DNA of 64,000 nucleotides, taken from NCBI RefSeq assembly GCF_009914755.1, contig NC_060929.1; one strand, written 5' to 3'. A program made the translations under genes and the position numbers. The notes below the pieces were generated by a model, which searched no databases, had not been told where the DNA came from, and worked only from the letters and a program-made list of their open reading frames with translations. Below, piece after piece: positions 10,961-25,149 of this stretch (the first letter of the stretch is position 1; each line of letters opens with the position of its first letter). This DNA is from the human T2T-CHM13v2.0 reference genome, Homo sapiens.

Positions 10961-12480
10961 CTTAATCAAGCCAAAACTATCTGGACATACTTTAGGAATG
11001 TTGCATGCATATGTATGTGTGTTTATGATTGTATGGGTATATGTATGTCGTATTTCAGCTAGGGAGTATTTTCCCCATCTCTACAGTTTCTACACCAGCT
11101 TAAAACCAAATAATATTTAATTACTTCCATAAAAATGCCAAAATAACAAAAACATGCCTGAAAAAGGCAGCAATAAGAAGAAAGCATGCTATATATGTTA
11201 TAGCCAACCTCAAACATCATTCACAAAACAAGCAAGTGGCCTAACTAGGAATTTTCCAAGTGCTTTTCTGGGAGAGGTTAACTCCCATATGGAGAGCTTC
11301 AAAATAGAAGAGGAAAATGACAGGTTAGTGTGGCCCCGTTTTACTGATTTTTCCCTAAAATAAAGATTGCATTTTGAATTACAATGCAAGTGCCCAGAAG
11401 CTGCTTATGAGAAGGCATCAGGAATTCTAACAATAATTTAGCATGCTGGCCCTTTTTTACAGAAAAGAAAACTCAGTCTTGACCAGGAGGAGATGTCTTT
11501 GTAAGAGGCAGGCCCTGATGGTTCAACCTGATCAACCCTGTTTTTGGAAGCTTTTCCACTTTGGATTCAGTTGACTTCTGCTTTTGGTGTTTTTAGAGAC
11601 CAACAGAGGTTATCCAACAGGAAATACTGGAATAGTTTTTGCAAGACTTCCATTTCCCCATCACTGGCTTGAACAGGAATAGGGACTACCATGTGATATT
11701 GCTGAACTTTGCTAAGAAACCTTTGAGGCATGATACATTAAATCAGTTTAGTTCTATTTGAGGAAAATTGAAATGGTGCAGGTCTGCACAGCTCCTAGAA
11801 CTATAGCCTCTCCGAATCTTCAAGAACTCTGGGGTTTGTGTGGTCCAGCCTCCCTTCCAGTACTTTCTCCCTGCCCCAAGAAAATTTACCCTAGGAGACA
11901 TTCAGCGAAGGGGATTTTCTGGGGTATTCTACTGAGTCCTTACTTAGGTTGAATACTTTTTCTGTTTGGTCCTCACCAAAAGCATAAAATTCTGTCTTTT
12001 TTAGACAGCTTCAGGTTTTGCTTGCATTTTTCAAGGCTCAGAGACCTTGCATAAAACTAACCCAGATGTCAGCTGATGTACTCTGAACTTAAGAGTGGGA
12101 ACCTTGAGTTTCTTCCTGTCTCTCTGAAGATTCTCAAGGGGAGACGATTTATAGTTTTCCTGGCCACTGCTGGCTTGGAGCTCTTGTTTCTGCTGATTTT
12201 TTTTCAGTTCATGGTTCACTCTGCTGTCCCTTGCCTGCCATCTCTATTTTTCACCACATCAAACTCAACATCCTTCCTTGATCAGTCCCTAGCCCTTACA
12301 TGAAACCCACCTAAACCAAGACTGTGTGCCTATAGCAGTCCTTTCTGAAGGTGTGAAAATGAATGGGATTTATTTTGACATATACATATACATATATATA
12401 TATACACACACACGTAGTTATTAAATTTTTCATATATATTTTAGGATATATTAAAATACAAATATATCTATTTTGACATA

Positions 12481-12870
12481 CAGTCATGCACCACATAATG
12501 ACATTTCAGTAAATGACAGACTGTGTATACTGCGGTGGTCCCATAAGATTATAATGTAGCTGAAAAATTCCTATCACTTAGGGACCTCAGAGTTATCGTA
12601 AAGTCATAGCACAATGCATTACCTTTTCTATGTTTTGCTATGTTTAGATACACAAATAGTTACCATTGTGTTACAATTGCTTACAGCATTCAATATGGTA
12701 ACATGCTGAATAGGTTTGTAGCCTAGGAGCAATAGGTTATGTGGTATAGCCCAGGTATGTCGTAAGCTATGTCACCTGAGTTTGTGTAAGAACACTATGA
12801 TGTTTGCACAATGACAAAATCATCTAATAATGACCAGAATGTATTCTTATTGTTAAGTGATACATTGCCA
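12481..12870 (+). mobile_element. Tigger3 (Golem) non-autonomous DNA transposon
   Basis: ta|cagtcatgcaccacataatgacatttcagt...ggtggtcccataagattataat...gtagcctaggagcaatagg; degenerate right TIR. Confidence 0.85.
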
Positions 12871-13112
12871 TATATATTAATGTTAGACATTCCTATAATT
12901 CTTATTCTTTGCTTCCTTGCCCAACTATACACTTCTTCCATCCTTCAATTCCTATGCTTTTCATATGAAAAGTGATTTAGAAATCTCTTGTTTGCTCCCT
13001 CCCCTCTCTACCATTGCCAAATGTTTGTAGTGATTGGCTGACATTTTATCACTCTCACCTCTGGTCTTTACATGCCCTCATGTTCTTATCTACTCCAAAA
13101 GTATATCAAGAC

Positions 13113-13416
13113 TTTTTTTTTTGAGACAGAGTCCACTCTGTCTCCCACTCTGTCTCCCAGGCTGGAGTGCAGTGGCGTGGCGTCGGCCCACTACAACCTC
13201 CACCTCCCAGGTTCCTGCTTTAGCCTGCCTTGGCCTCCCAAGTAGTTGGGATTACAGGTGGGCACCACCGTGCCCAACTAATTTTTTGTATTTTTATTAG
13301 AGATGGGGTTTCACTATGTTGGCCAGGGTGGTCTCAAACTCCTGACTTCAAGTGATTCCACCTGCCGTGGCCTCCCAAAGTGCTGGGATTACAGGCGTGA
13401 GCCACCGCACCCGGCC
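13113..13416 (-). mobile_element. AluSx/Sz, full length
   Basis: PolyT, dimeric body; TSD tatatca(a/t)gac at ~13102 and ~13419; short internal duplication ccactctgtctc x2. Confidence 0.95.
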
Positions 13417-14125
13417 GTTATATCATGACATTTTAAATGAAACCTGCTCCCTCCTTGAAGAGGACAAATACGTTATTTTTTTTATGTGGTATTTGACAAT
13501 CTTTCCAGATATTGCCCCATACACAGTGCATTTGCTAGAAGATTACAAGGAAAAAGGAAGAATTCAAACAACTGGGCAAAAAAATACTGAGTACCGATTT
13601 AATTTACTGAGCCTACCACAAAGTTAGGATTTTTCAAACTGTAGTTGTCGGTTTAGTTATGCTGTGCTAAATAAAAAAAGTAAAAAATATGTCCTCCTGA
13701 GCTAAGAGGGGAAAGGTTGACCTTTATCTAGATTAAACATTTGTCTAAGTCTGAAATTTTATAAATAAATCCATTGAAGTATTGGTGAAAGTACTTCAGG
13801 GAGACCAAGTGAGAAAGTTGAGATCAAGGGGGAAGTTTTTCTGACATTACTATTCTATTTTAGCTTATGGCTTTAGAAACTTTGATCAAGGCCACAAATA
13901 TTATAAAAATACAAGAAAGCAGAGCATAAGAGTTAGCTAGGAAATATGGTCATACACTCCTATTTTACAGGACAGCTCTGCCTTCAAATGTTCTGTCTTT
14001 AATGTCTCTTGTACAAGTCTTTATGTCTCTAATATTTATTAATGCATGGCTCAGAATATATATATATATATATATATTCATACATGAGACGAAGGAATTA
14101 TTTGAACTAAAACATTGCAAATCTA

Positions 14126-14444
<319 letters not shown>

Positions 14445-14445
14445 T

Positions 14446-15197
14446 TATATACATATATATATGTATATATACACGTATATATATACGTATATATATACAC
14501 ACATATATGTACATATATACATATATACACACATATGTATATATACATATATACATATATACACATACATGTGTATATATACATACATATATACACATAC
14601 ATGTGTGTATATGCATATATACACATACATGTGTATATATGCATATATACACATATATGTGTATATATGCATATACACATGTATGTGTATATATGCATGT
14701 ACACATGTATGTGTATATACACATATATGTGTATATATACATATACACATATATGTGTACATATATACACATATGTGTGTATATATACATATACACATAT
14801 ATGTGTACATATATACACATATGTGTATATATACATATACACATATATGTGTACATATATACACATATGTGTATATATACATATACACATATATGTGTAC
14901 ATATATACACATATGTGTATATATACATATACACATATATGTGTACATATATACACATATATGTGTATATATACATATACACATATATGTGTACATATAT
15001 ACACATATATGTGTATATATACATATACACATATATGTGTACATATATACACATATATGTGTATATATACATATACACATATATGTGTATATATACACAT
15101 ATATGTGTATATATACATATATACACATATATGTGTATATATACATATATACATACATATATACACATATATGTGTATATATACATACATATATATA
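14446..15197. repeat. ~750-bp alternating purine-pyrimidine (TA/CA/TG) tract with 46-48 bp higher-order minisatellite
   Basis: Unit GTGTATATATACATATACACATATATGTGTACATATATACACATAT(AT), about 7 copies from 14729 to ~15060; grows out of the AluJ tail. Confidence 0.95.
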
Positions 15198-16119
15198 GTA
15201 TTCAGTTAAAGAAGGCATTAAACTCACGTTTATCCTTTCTCTCCCTTAATACACCACTAAACTGTTATTATGTGAATAAAAAGCTGTCTGACAAAGAGAA
15301 TTCCTAGGATGACATCCCAGTGTCAGGTCTGGACATCAACTGCCATATACATCCTATAGAACAAGGATGAAGGTGTTTCTGATGGAGGCATCCAGGGAAT
15401 GAATAAAGTGAGAAGTATGGCAAAGTATTTCTGTTGTGGCAACTGCCCAGGAGAAGAGAAGAAAATAAGATGACTTATCTGCTGGAGCGCTTATACACAC
15501 TTTAATAAACTCTATTTATGTAGCCAACAATAGTGCTTTAATAATATTAAGAAGATGATATGGAGAGGTGCAGATGCTGTTATGTATGAGTTAAATTTTA
15601 TAGGAAGAAAAAATTTAAAAATCACTGGATAATATCTGAAGTTGTAAATTAAAAACTAGCAGCATGCCTTGATTCTCTTATTTTAAGTTACAATAATAAA
15701 AAAGAATCAGTTGGAAAATATTTTGCAAAACTGTCAAGTTGTTTGTGATCTTTTATTTAATTTTTGAAAATGTATTTGTGTTACTTTTGGCTTTTTTATT
15801 GCCCTAATTACTAGAAACTTTACTTGTACATCTTTGAACTTCTGATCTTAAACTGTTCAGAGAAAAAGCTAAAGGGTTTTATCATGTCAAGCAGAACCAG
15901 CAACATAGCTTAAAAATTAGTATGGAGGTAACTACAAGAAAAAAACAACTGAAAGAACTAAAGATGATTTCTTATCATTCAGAGATGGAAGATGAGGGGG
16001 CGGGAGCCAGAAATTAATGTTTTCCTCAATAAGCCTTTCCTTACTTGATGAATTTTTTATTATACATGATTAATTTTATTCTTACAAAGCAAAAATAAAA
16101 AATTTTAAGCTAAACTGAT

Positions 16120-16690
16120 CTTTTCATTGTATGCTTAAGCCCCTCTCTGGGTCATCAATTTCCTCAGTCAATTTTGAATTATCCTGCACGGCACACAAGT
16201 CCATGCCTGAGCTGGTTCTAGCTCACCTTGTTTCTTTCTGTCCTGCAATCTTAGGGAACCTTGTGTGTTTGTCAGAAAACAGCCCAGACATTTCTCTTGC
16301 TGCCTCCTGTTTCCTTAACCTGGGATACCCTCCCTCCTTTCCTCACCTGGGATACCCTCACTCGTTTCCTCACCTGCCTTGTCCCTGTGAAGGGCTAACA
16401 CTACTTGTTCATCTTTGAGATCTTGGCTGAAACATTGCCTTTCTGGACAGCTCTTCATAACCCCCAGAAGGCTGAGTTAGGTCATTTTTCACTGTGCTTC
16501 CACGGAATTCTGTACTTGTGACTAATATAGTGACAGTCACTCTACTGTCATTCTCTAGTCCATTTTTGTATCTACTCCCAAAATGGGAGCTTCCCCAGCA
16601 TAAAGTCTTTCTCTTATTTACTGTTTGTCCCTGGCAGGTACCACAGGGCCTGCACGTAGGAGGCATCACGTATTTTTTTGGAATGAAAAA
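16120..16690 (+). mobile_element. L2 3' fragment (old L2b/c)
   Basis: ttcatctttgagatcttggctgaaacattgcc...acagggcctgcacgtaggaggcatc...ttttggaatgaa. Confidence 0.55.
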
Positions 16691-16818
16691 ATTAAGGGAA
16701 GGAAGAAGTAGGCAGGGCTATAGATAACCAGCAGATCAGAATGGGGGAAAGTCAGTGGTTCTGCGAATGCCTTTGTAAAAATATTTAAAGTATTATATTT
16801 TCTTTTTTGCCTCAAATC

Positions 16819-16988
16819 ACATAGTTCATCAATTCTAAGATAACTCTTTTTTCTATTTTAATATCTTAAATAAGAATGTATCACACATTTGATGGCATGC
16901 ATAGATTTTCAAATGGCAGCTTTCTTGGTGGTAGGAAAATAATGATATGTCTTACCATCAAGAGAGTCTTGAGTCAATTAACTCTAGT
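16819..16988 (+). mobile_element. MER104 (TcMar-Tc2) MITE
   Basis: ttcatcaattctaagat...ttgatggcatg...ggcagc...aaaataatgatatgtcttaccatcaag...tcttgagtcaatt follows MER104 layout, ~170 bp. Confidence 0.6.
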
Positions 16989-17973
16989 ACATAAAAATAT
17001 AGCTATAACATGTCTGTGAAGAAAGAGAACAGAATTGGAATTCTGAGTTGGACTTACATAGGGTGTGAGGAGCAAGAATTGTAAGAACTGAAAGATATCA
17101 AAGTTTCTTGGCTTGGAGAGAAAGTTGGGAACAGAGCTGTGTGGAAAGAGAACAAGAGCAGTCTAGGCAACTCATGGTTTCTTTTCCCAGTTAGTAAGAT
17201 AGGCTGCAGAGTGATAAAGCTCCTTACCCACATACTCCTGCCCACGTTTATGACAAAGTAAGTGGCAAAGGCAAAAGGTTAGTTTGACTCATTGTTCGGT
17301 GGCACTGAAATAACATGTTTTAACTCAGTTTCACAGGCCACCCTGTCAGAAGGGGAAAAATTATTGAAAAGAAAAACAGGGATTCTTGTTTCAGGATGCG
17401 TCACCAGTCAGTTAAGAAAACTTGGAAAGTGGAAACCCTCCACATTGTTTTAGGCCACGACGCCAAAACCCAAGCCCAAATTAACCATTGTTGGGTAAAA
17501 CCCCTGATTTTGCAAAACCCAGTTCCAAACCAACTCTGACTGATACAATCAAGTGAGGGACAATATTTAGAAAATATTTCTTAGAAAAATAGTGTAACAT
17601 TCAGTCCAAAGGAGAAAAAAAAAAAAAAAAGCCCTACCACTGAACCATGAGTGAAAATTAGGGAAGACAGGTTACAGTAATATTAGAGTCTTAATTGTGC
17701 TAAAAATATTTGCTTTTGGCAATTTGTGAGCACATTAATAGTATATATCTCCAAGTAAGCAGCATTTCTGTCTGTGACTTTTTGCAGTACTAAATGGAAC
17801 AGGTCAATGAGCAGAGGGTTGAGCCAAAAATAGAATTTAATTGATATCCTGATTTTAATTAAATAAACTCCCTGTTTTCACTACTCTTGGACTTTGTTAA
17901 CTTATGGACAGCCATGAGTAACTACAAAAATTGTCCTAAAAATGAAGAAAAATGGAGAAGTAATCCACAAACC

Positions 17974-17974
<1 letters not shown>

Positions 17975-18004
<30 letters not shown>

Positions 18005-18230
18005 TGAGACGAAGTCTCACTCTGTCTCCCAGGCTGGAGTGCAATGGCGCGATCTCCGCTCACTGCAACTTCTGCCTCCCAAAGGGCTGGGATTACCGGC
18101 GCCCGCCACCAGGCCTGGCTAATTTTCACCATCTTGGTCAGGCTGGTCTTAAACTCCTGACCTCAGGCAATCCACCCGCCTCGGCCTCCCAAAGTGTTAA
18201 GATTACTGGCGTGAGCCACAGCGCCCGGCC
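17975..18230 (-). mobile_element. AluSp-like with two internal deletions and (TTTA)n tail
   Basis: gtgcaatggcgcg and ttggtcaggctgg diagnostics; aaccatt flanks both ends. Confidence 0.9.
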
Positions 18231-18555
18231 CATGAACCATTTTTTAAACATGAACTCCAGAAAGGGCTAGATAATAATGCCTTACTCTAATGCTGAGTAA
18301 ACTGACCTTTGGCTATAAACTGCTCACCACCAGGAACTGAATCACCTGTTTCCTGGTAAGAAAATCCTATTTAAATACAAGGGAAGAAGTCCATGACTGA
18401 GTGTTGCTTTTTCGGAAGATAGATCATTAATGTGCTCACAGATCGTCTAACCATTAGTTTTTAATCACAAGCCAGTTGTGGATATTGCTGTGAAGGTATT
18501 TTTCTATTTTAAGTGATGCATTTCTCTCTACCTCCACTGTGAATTATTTTCAGGC

Positions 18556-19112
18556 TGTATTAGGGTTAACTAGAGGGACAAAACAAATAGGGATATATAT
18601 ATATATATATGAAAGGGAGTTTATTAAGGAGAATTGACTCACACGATCACGAGGTGAAGTCCCACGATAGGCCGTCTGCAAGTTGAGGAGCGAGGAAGCC
18701 AGTAGTGGATCTGTCCAAGTCCCAAAACCTCAAAAGTAGGGAAGCCAACGGTGCAGCCTTCGGTCTGTGGCAGAAGGCCCGAGAGCCACTGGCAAATCAC
18801 TAGTGTAAGTCCAAGAGTCCAAAGTCTAAGAACTTGGAGTCTGATGTTGGAGAGCAGGAAGCCTCCAGCACGAGAGAAAGGTGAAGGCCAGAAGACTCAG
18901 CAAATCTCATCATTCTACCTCCTTCTGCCTGCGTTAATCTAGCTGTGCTGACAGCCAACGGGATAGTGCCCACCCAGATTAAGGATGGATCTGCCTCTCC
19001 CATTCCACTTATTCAAATGTTAATCTCTAGCAACACCCTCACAGACAAGCCTAGAAACAATGCTTTGTATCCTTCAATCCGATCAAGTTAACGCTTAATA
19101 TAAACCATCACA
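18556..19112 (-). mobile_element. MLT2A2-like solo LTR (HERV-L)
   Basis: Minus strand starts tgtgatggtttata...aacttgatcggattgaaggatacaaag; 557 bp; TG..CA ends; 5-bp TSD caggc/aaggc. Confidence 0.9.
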
Positions 19113-19145
19113 AAGGCCTTAATTATCTTAGAATGTTTTCTTTAA

Positions 19146-19509
<364 letters not shown>

Positions 19510-20519
19510 TAATTTTCAGAGCCGCCTCACTCACTATTAGGTGGCAAAATTACCTTGATACTGAGCTCAATTTGTCCTGCTAGAACTTCATCTTTATAAG
19601 ACAGTGTACAGTCAGTTTGATTTTCTGAAAGCTGCTGAAAGACCAAGCAACTCATGACTGTACTTTCCAGCAACACTTCCAACAGTTCTAGAGATGTATC
19701 ACATTTCTGATAAGGAATCACTGTTGTTTTTTCCCAGGTATAAAGAGTTTTGTGTGAACTGGTGCTTCAAGCAAACAACATGTATCTACAAATTGAATGA
19801 ATGTTTCTTAGACAAAGATGGCCATTGTAGCCTCAAACAAGCCTATTTACTTGGGTGAAGGGAGTGTTTTGTGAAGGAATAATAGGCTGACATATATTTA
19901 TTAATGTCTCTCATACTGTGTGACAAAATCCGGCAGGGTAACTGTGAATGGAACAATTTGTCACAACTTTATGGAACCCTTTCACACACAGAATCTATGC
20001 CTTTGTTCAAGCTGCCTTGAGCACTTAAGTTTTCTAAAAGATTTCTTGGGCGAATTTCCCACAAAATTTCCCCTATTATTTACAAGGCTTTCCGTTCTTC
20101 CTTACATACGTGAAATAACTCTTAAACATTCTTCTCAGAAGAATGTATCTCTTTCTGAAATTATTACGTTCTGGAAATAAGACAAGTCTTCAAAGCAAAG
20201 TTGCAGAACTTATATTTATACTGGGTATTTTCTTATTAAAATCTTAAGTCTGTAATTTTTTATTTTTGATATTTACCTCTAACAAGAAGTTGGGTTATAA
20301 TTGCCACTCAGCTAAAACATAGAACTCAAAAGGTGTCCCCAAATGTTTCAGTGGCTGTCATATCAAAAATATATATACAGTATGTTTATATAAGTTATAT
20401 AAATATATGTATTATTTGTTTATTTTTATGTATACATAATATACACATATATAATATATGTAATACATATGTGGTCTTGAAAGGCTCAGATGGTTGACCA
20501 AAGACAAATTAGTGAAAAT

Positions 20520-20710
20520 TGTAGGGGGACATAATTTGACTGAATGTTTGCTTTCGAACCATCAGGATGATCCTGCTTCAGGGAGCAGGGATTTTTCATT
20601 CCTAGGGGTGTTCAAGTAGAGTCTGGGCCTCTTGTTGGAAATACTGACAAAATGTTGACGGTATACACTAAAAAGTCTCTAAGGGCCCTTCCAACTATGG
20701 GATTCCATGC
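20520..20710 (+). mobile_element. L3/CR1 3' tail
   Basis: ggggtgttcaagtagagtctgg...ctctaagggcccttccaactatgggattccatg. Confidence 0.55.
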
Positions 20711-21012
20711 AATTAAAATATCGTCTGAGGGAAATTGGGTTTTAATTTTAGATGTTGTATAACATCTAAATATTGAACCAGAAAGAAGTCTTCTGTATGA
20801 GGGAGAGAAACATCATTAAAATTAATTGAATGCCAAATGTTGAATTTTGGACAATCAGTTTATATAGCATGGTATTTGTTCTCTAAATGTTTGTATTAGA
20901 TGGGATCAGGACCATAAATAACACTTAATCATGCTGAGATTACTTTAATAGTAATCTTTTTTTATTAACTGATTTTTAGGCTTTTATCCAAGCCTAGAAT
21001 GGCCATTTTTTT

Positions 21013-21425
21013 TTGTTATGAGTTGAATTTTGTCCCTCAAAAAAAGATATGTTGAAGTTGTAACCCCAGGTACCTCAGAACATCACTGTATTTGAAATAG
21101 AGTGGCTGCAACTATCATTAGTTAAGATGAAGTCATTCTGGAGTAGGGTGAGCTCCTAATTCAATATGATTGTTGTAAGGTAGAGGAAGAGATAGGAGCG
21201 ATGCATCTACAAGCCAAGGAGCACCAAGAACTGCCAGCTATTCCCGGAAGTTAGAAGAGAGGCATGGGGCAGATTCTCCCTCCCAGACCTCGGAAGAACC
21301 CAAGCTGGCCAATAACTTCATTTCTCACTTCTAGATTCCAGTACTCTGAGGGAATAAATTTCTGTTGTTTTAAGCCAGCCAGTTTGTCATCTTTTGTTAT
21401 TAGTTTGCCCCAGCAAACTAATATA
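21013..21425 (+). mobile_element. MLT1 solo LTR (MLT1C-like)
   Basis: tgttatgagttgaattttgtccc...gatatgttgaag...aataaatttctgttgttttaagcca...gcaaactaatata. Confidence 0.85.
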
Positions 21426-21434
21426 CCTTCCTTA

Positions 21435-22130
21435 CAGTTAGCCACCTTTAGGAGTCATCTGTGTATTTATATTCTTCCAGAAATGTTCTATGCATATGCA
21501 TGCACACACACACACACACACATACATTATTTATTTTCTTTCCAGTGTACTTTGGAATTATGTCATAAAACTGCTCTGTACTTGGCTTTATTATTACTTT
21601 TTCAATGAACGTAGTAGAAGCTTTTTTATGTCATAACACAATGAACTACTTTGTTCTTTCTAATGGTTGTGTAGTAAGCCATTGCATGGATTTAATAGTT
21701 TTCTTTCTAACCCATCCTCTATGGATATAGTCATTTAGACTGTTTCCAGTTTCTTTCTTTTTTTCATATAAACAGTGCTGCAGTGGACATTCTTGGATAA
21801 GTGCCTTCGTGAACACATTCAAATATGTGCATATGATACAAATATGATAAATTTCCAGAAGTGGAAGTATCAAGTTCAAGAATATATGCATTTTAAAATT
21901 TGCATATATATTTTGCATTCTTATCTTCATATGAGCCTGCATCTTTGCACTCTCATTGGCTGACACTGTGTGGGATAATACTTTTGATTTTTATAATTTT
22001 CTAAACTATGAGTGAAATATAACTTCATATTGTTTGGTTATTTCTATTTTATTTTTATACAAAGTAGCCAATTTTTCTAATAGATTGCTCTTATTTATAT
22101 GTAGGAGCTTATTTTAAAAATGTATTTCTT
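21435..22130 (-). mobile_element. L1ME-type fragment
   Basis: catttagactgtttccagttt...gtgctgcagtggacattctt...atttccagaagtggaa antisense L1M 3' region. Confidence 0.65.
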
Positions 22131-22141
22131 AGTCCTATTGA

Positions 22142-22511
<370 letters not shown>

Positions 22512-23634
22512 GCTTCTCACAATTTTTAAATGCAGCTTCCTGATCTTATTATTCTATTTGTAAATCTAAAGAATTTTAGTAACCACATTTAGGAGAACTT
22601 TGAATGTGTGTAATAATATTTATGCACTTATTAAGTAAATTCCTTCATACATTTAAAAACTAATTTTGTAAATTTAATATATTCAACAATCTTTTGAAGT
22701 GTGTCAGTTGTCTAAATGAAAAACTTTCCCAAAGTACTTAATACTTTTAAATATCTTAAAGGAAAGCACATAAACACAGTGAAGCATAATCCTCTTTCAT
22801 ATTTCAAAGCTTTTATAGACATTGTTGTATCTGCGTTTAAATCACAAGTCTATATCAATTAGTTCATTATGCATCTTAAATTGTAATTATGGAGCTCATC
22901 TCTCATTTTAATATGCCAAATTCTCTTAAACATTACTAACATTTTGTAATTACCAAATATGAACATAGCACTGACCAAAAGCATCAATAAGATTGTTTTA
23001 ATTCTTTTAGGCATTCCTGTACTTAATTCTAAATTTTTCTAGGGTTAATGTTTAGCTACTAAAGGAATTATGTCATCTCCATCATTTTTAGAGTTGCCTA
23101 ATCACCCTGCTGGAGGTTGTGGTTGTATAACATTTAAAGATTTAAGTCAAGACATTCATTGAATTCTGACAAAGCATACTGAGCCCTACTTAAGAACTTA
23201 AAACAGTGGTCCTTTCGTCCTCTTACTCTGGGAAGCTAAAGTCCATGGTGCTTGGAATAGCTCTGTGTCTCCCTTCCAGGCTGATCGTCTGACAGGTTTA
23301 ACTTTTCTTTTAGGACAGAGATTGTCTTACCCATCTACCTCCAAAGGCTGTAAAACTTGATGGAATCCTGCATTCCCTAAATCAGCTGCCATACTTAATT
23401 CTTACAGATACTAAAATAATATGAATTGGAACTGAATATTTTCTCATGGCTTTTTCTTTTCAGTCACAACTTCAAAGGACATTTGGCTGACAAGAAGAAT
23501 GGCTTGGCCTTGGTTGTAATTTATATGTATCCCAAATACCTTTGGATAGTCACTTGTGAGTTGATTAAAAGCCTCATACATCTTGATCATATGGCCACCA
23601 ACTGAAGGTCAGATACGTATTATACACACAGATT

Positions 23635-23745
23635 TAAATGTATTTATGAAGGCATTTATTCAAGAGTGCCCACTGCAGCCTTGATTGTATTAAAAAGATT
23701 GGAAATAATCTAAAGGCCCATCAATAGAGGACAGGTTATATCACC
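23635..23745 (+). mobile_element. L1ME-type short fragment
   Basis: ccactgcagccttgattgt...ggaaataatctaaaggcccatcaatagagg. Confidence 0.55.
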
Positions 23746-24830
23746 TAGTAAAGGTTACAACATCTATGTAAAAGCACTTAGGATTCAACTTCACATTTCA
23801 TAGGACTGAAGATGACATATTTTGGGGGTCTGACAGCTCAGTTTCTGGCAAGCTTGGTACCACACCCTCCTGACTCACCATCATTCCCAGACTTACAGGG
23901 AAACAATCTGAAGTCACTTCATCATACAGGGAAGGTAAGAAATATATCTGGATGGAAATAGAGTCATCTTCTACCAGTATATTCCATCTAATCTACTTTT
24001 CCATAGTGTGACATTGTGATCAAAGAATATACAGTATTTGAAAAGGAGTAGATTTGAACACCTTTTTGACATAATGAGTAAGTCACTAAAGTATATTTTA
24101 GCATATATACATTTCAAAAATAGGAAGCTCTGAGGCAATAGGGACAGACAGCCCCTGCCTTCAGAAATTTATCATCAGAAAGAGGAATATTTACTTATTC
24201 TAATGTTATTTTATATTATGGCACATAACATATTATTGCTGAAAGAACTATTAAAATTAATTGTTGTACATTCTTATTGCATAAATAAGGTAGGACCCAG
24301 AAAGGCTAAATTATGTGATCCAGATTCCATAAATAGTAGTAGAACTGTGTGAGTGGTAGGGACCCCAAATCTTAGAATCCATGTAAGAATAGTTTATATA
24401 TTGTTATACCATTCTCAGACCAAGGGTGCGGATAAATTCTGAATTTTCTAAACCACAAGTCAGAATTCAATCAATACTGCTTTGCAGTATTGCATGAACA
24501 GAGATGTTTAAACAAGTATCTAGAAGCTACAACAAAAGGATTTTAAGAGCAGGCTTTCTTTCTTTCTTTTTAAAAAATCAGCTTATGACTTCATATAAAC
24601 AAGGTAGCATTTTAAGAGTTAACTGTTAAGAACAACATAAAATTGGTAGCACGGTTTATGGGCAGGAATGGCAGATTGCTACGTTTCCCAAACTATATCA
24701 AGTTTTTAAAAGCACATGCAATGCAGCTGGGATTCTTAGTACAGAAAGTAAAGAAAGTCCCGGAAATTTTATGGAGAAGTTTTCATTTAAGTGAATATGT
24801 GTATTTTCTGATCCGATAGAAGACTCACAG

Positions 24831-25149
24831 TTTTTTTGTTTGTTTGTTTGTTTTTTGTTTTTTGTTTTTGAGACAGACTCTCCCTCTAGCCCAGGCTGGA
24901 GTGCAGTGGCGCGATCTCGGCTCACTGCAAGCTCTGCCTCCCAGCTCATGCCATTCTCCGGCCTCAGCCTCCCTAGTAGCTGGGACTACAGGCCCCTGCC
25001 ACCACGCCTGGCTAATTTTTTTTGTATTTTTAGTAGAGACGGGGTTTCACCATGTTAGCCAGGATGGTCTCCATCTCCTGACCTCGTGATCCGCCCACCT
25101 CTGCCTCCCAAAGTGCTGGGATTACAGGCGTGAGCCACCACGCCCGGCC
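24831..25149 (-). mobile_element. AluY, full length
   Basis: gcaagctc, gccattctc, ttagccaggatggtctc diagnostics; TSD aagactcacagttt / aagacccagagttt. Confidence 0.93.

Noticed and set aside
14729-15085. Regularly spaced palindromic units resembling a CRISPR array
   Set aside because: No unique spacers, no cas genes, primate context; it is a minisatellite
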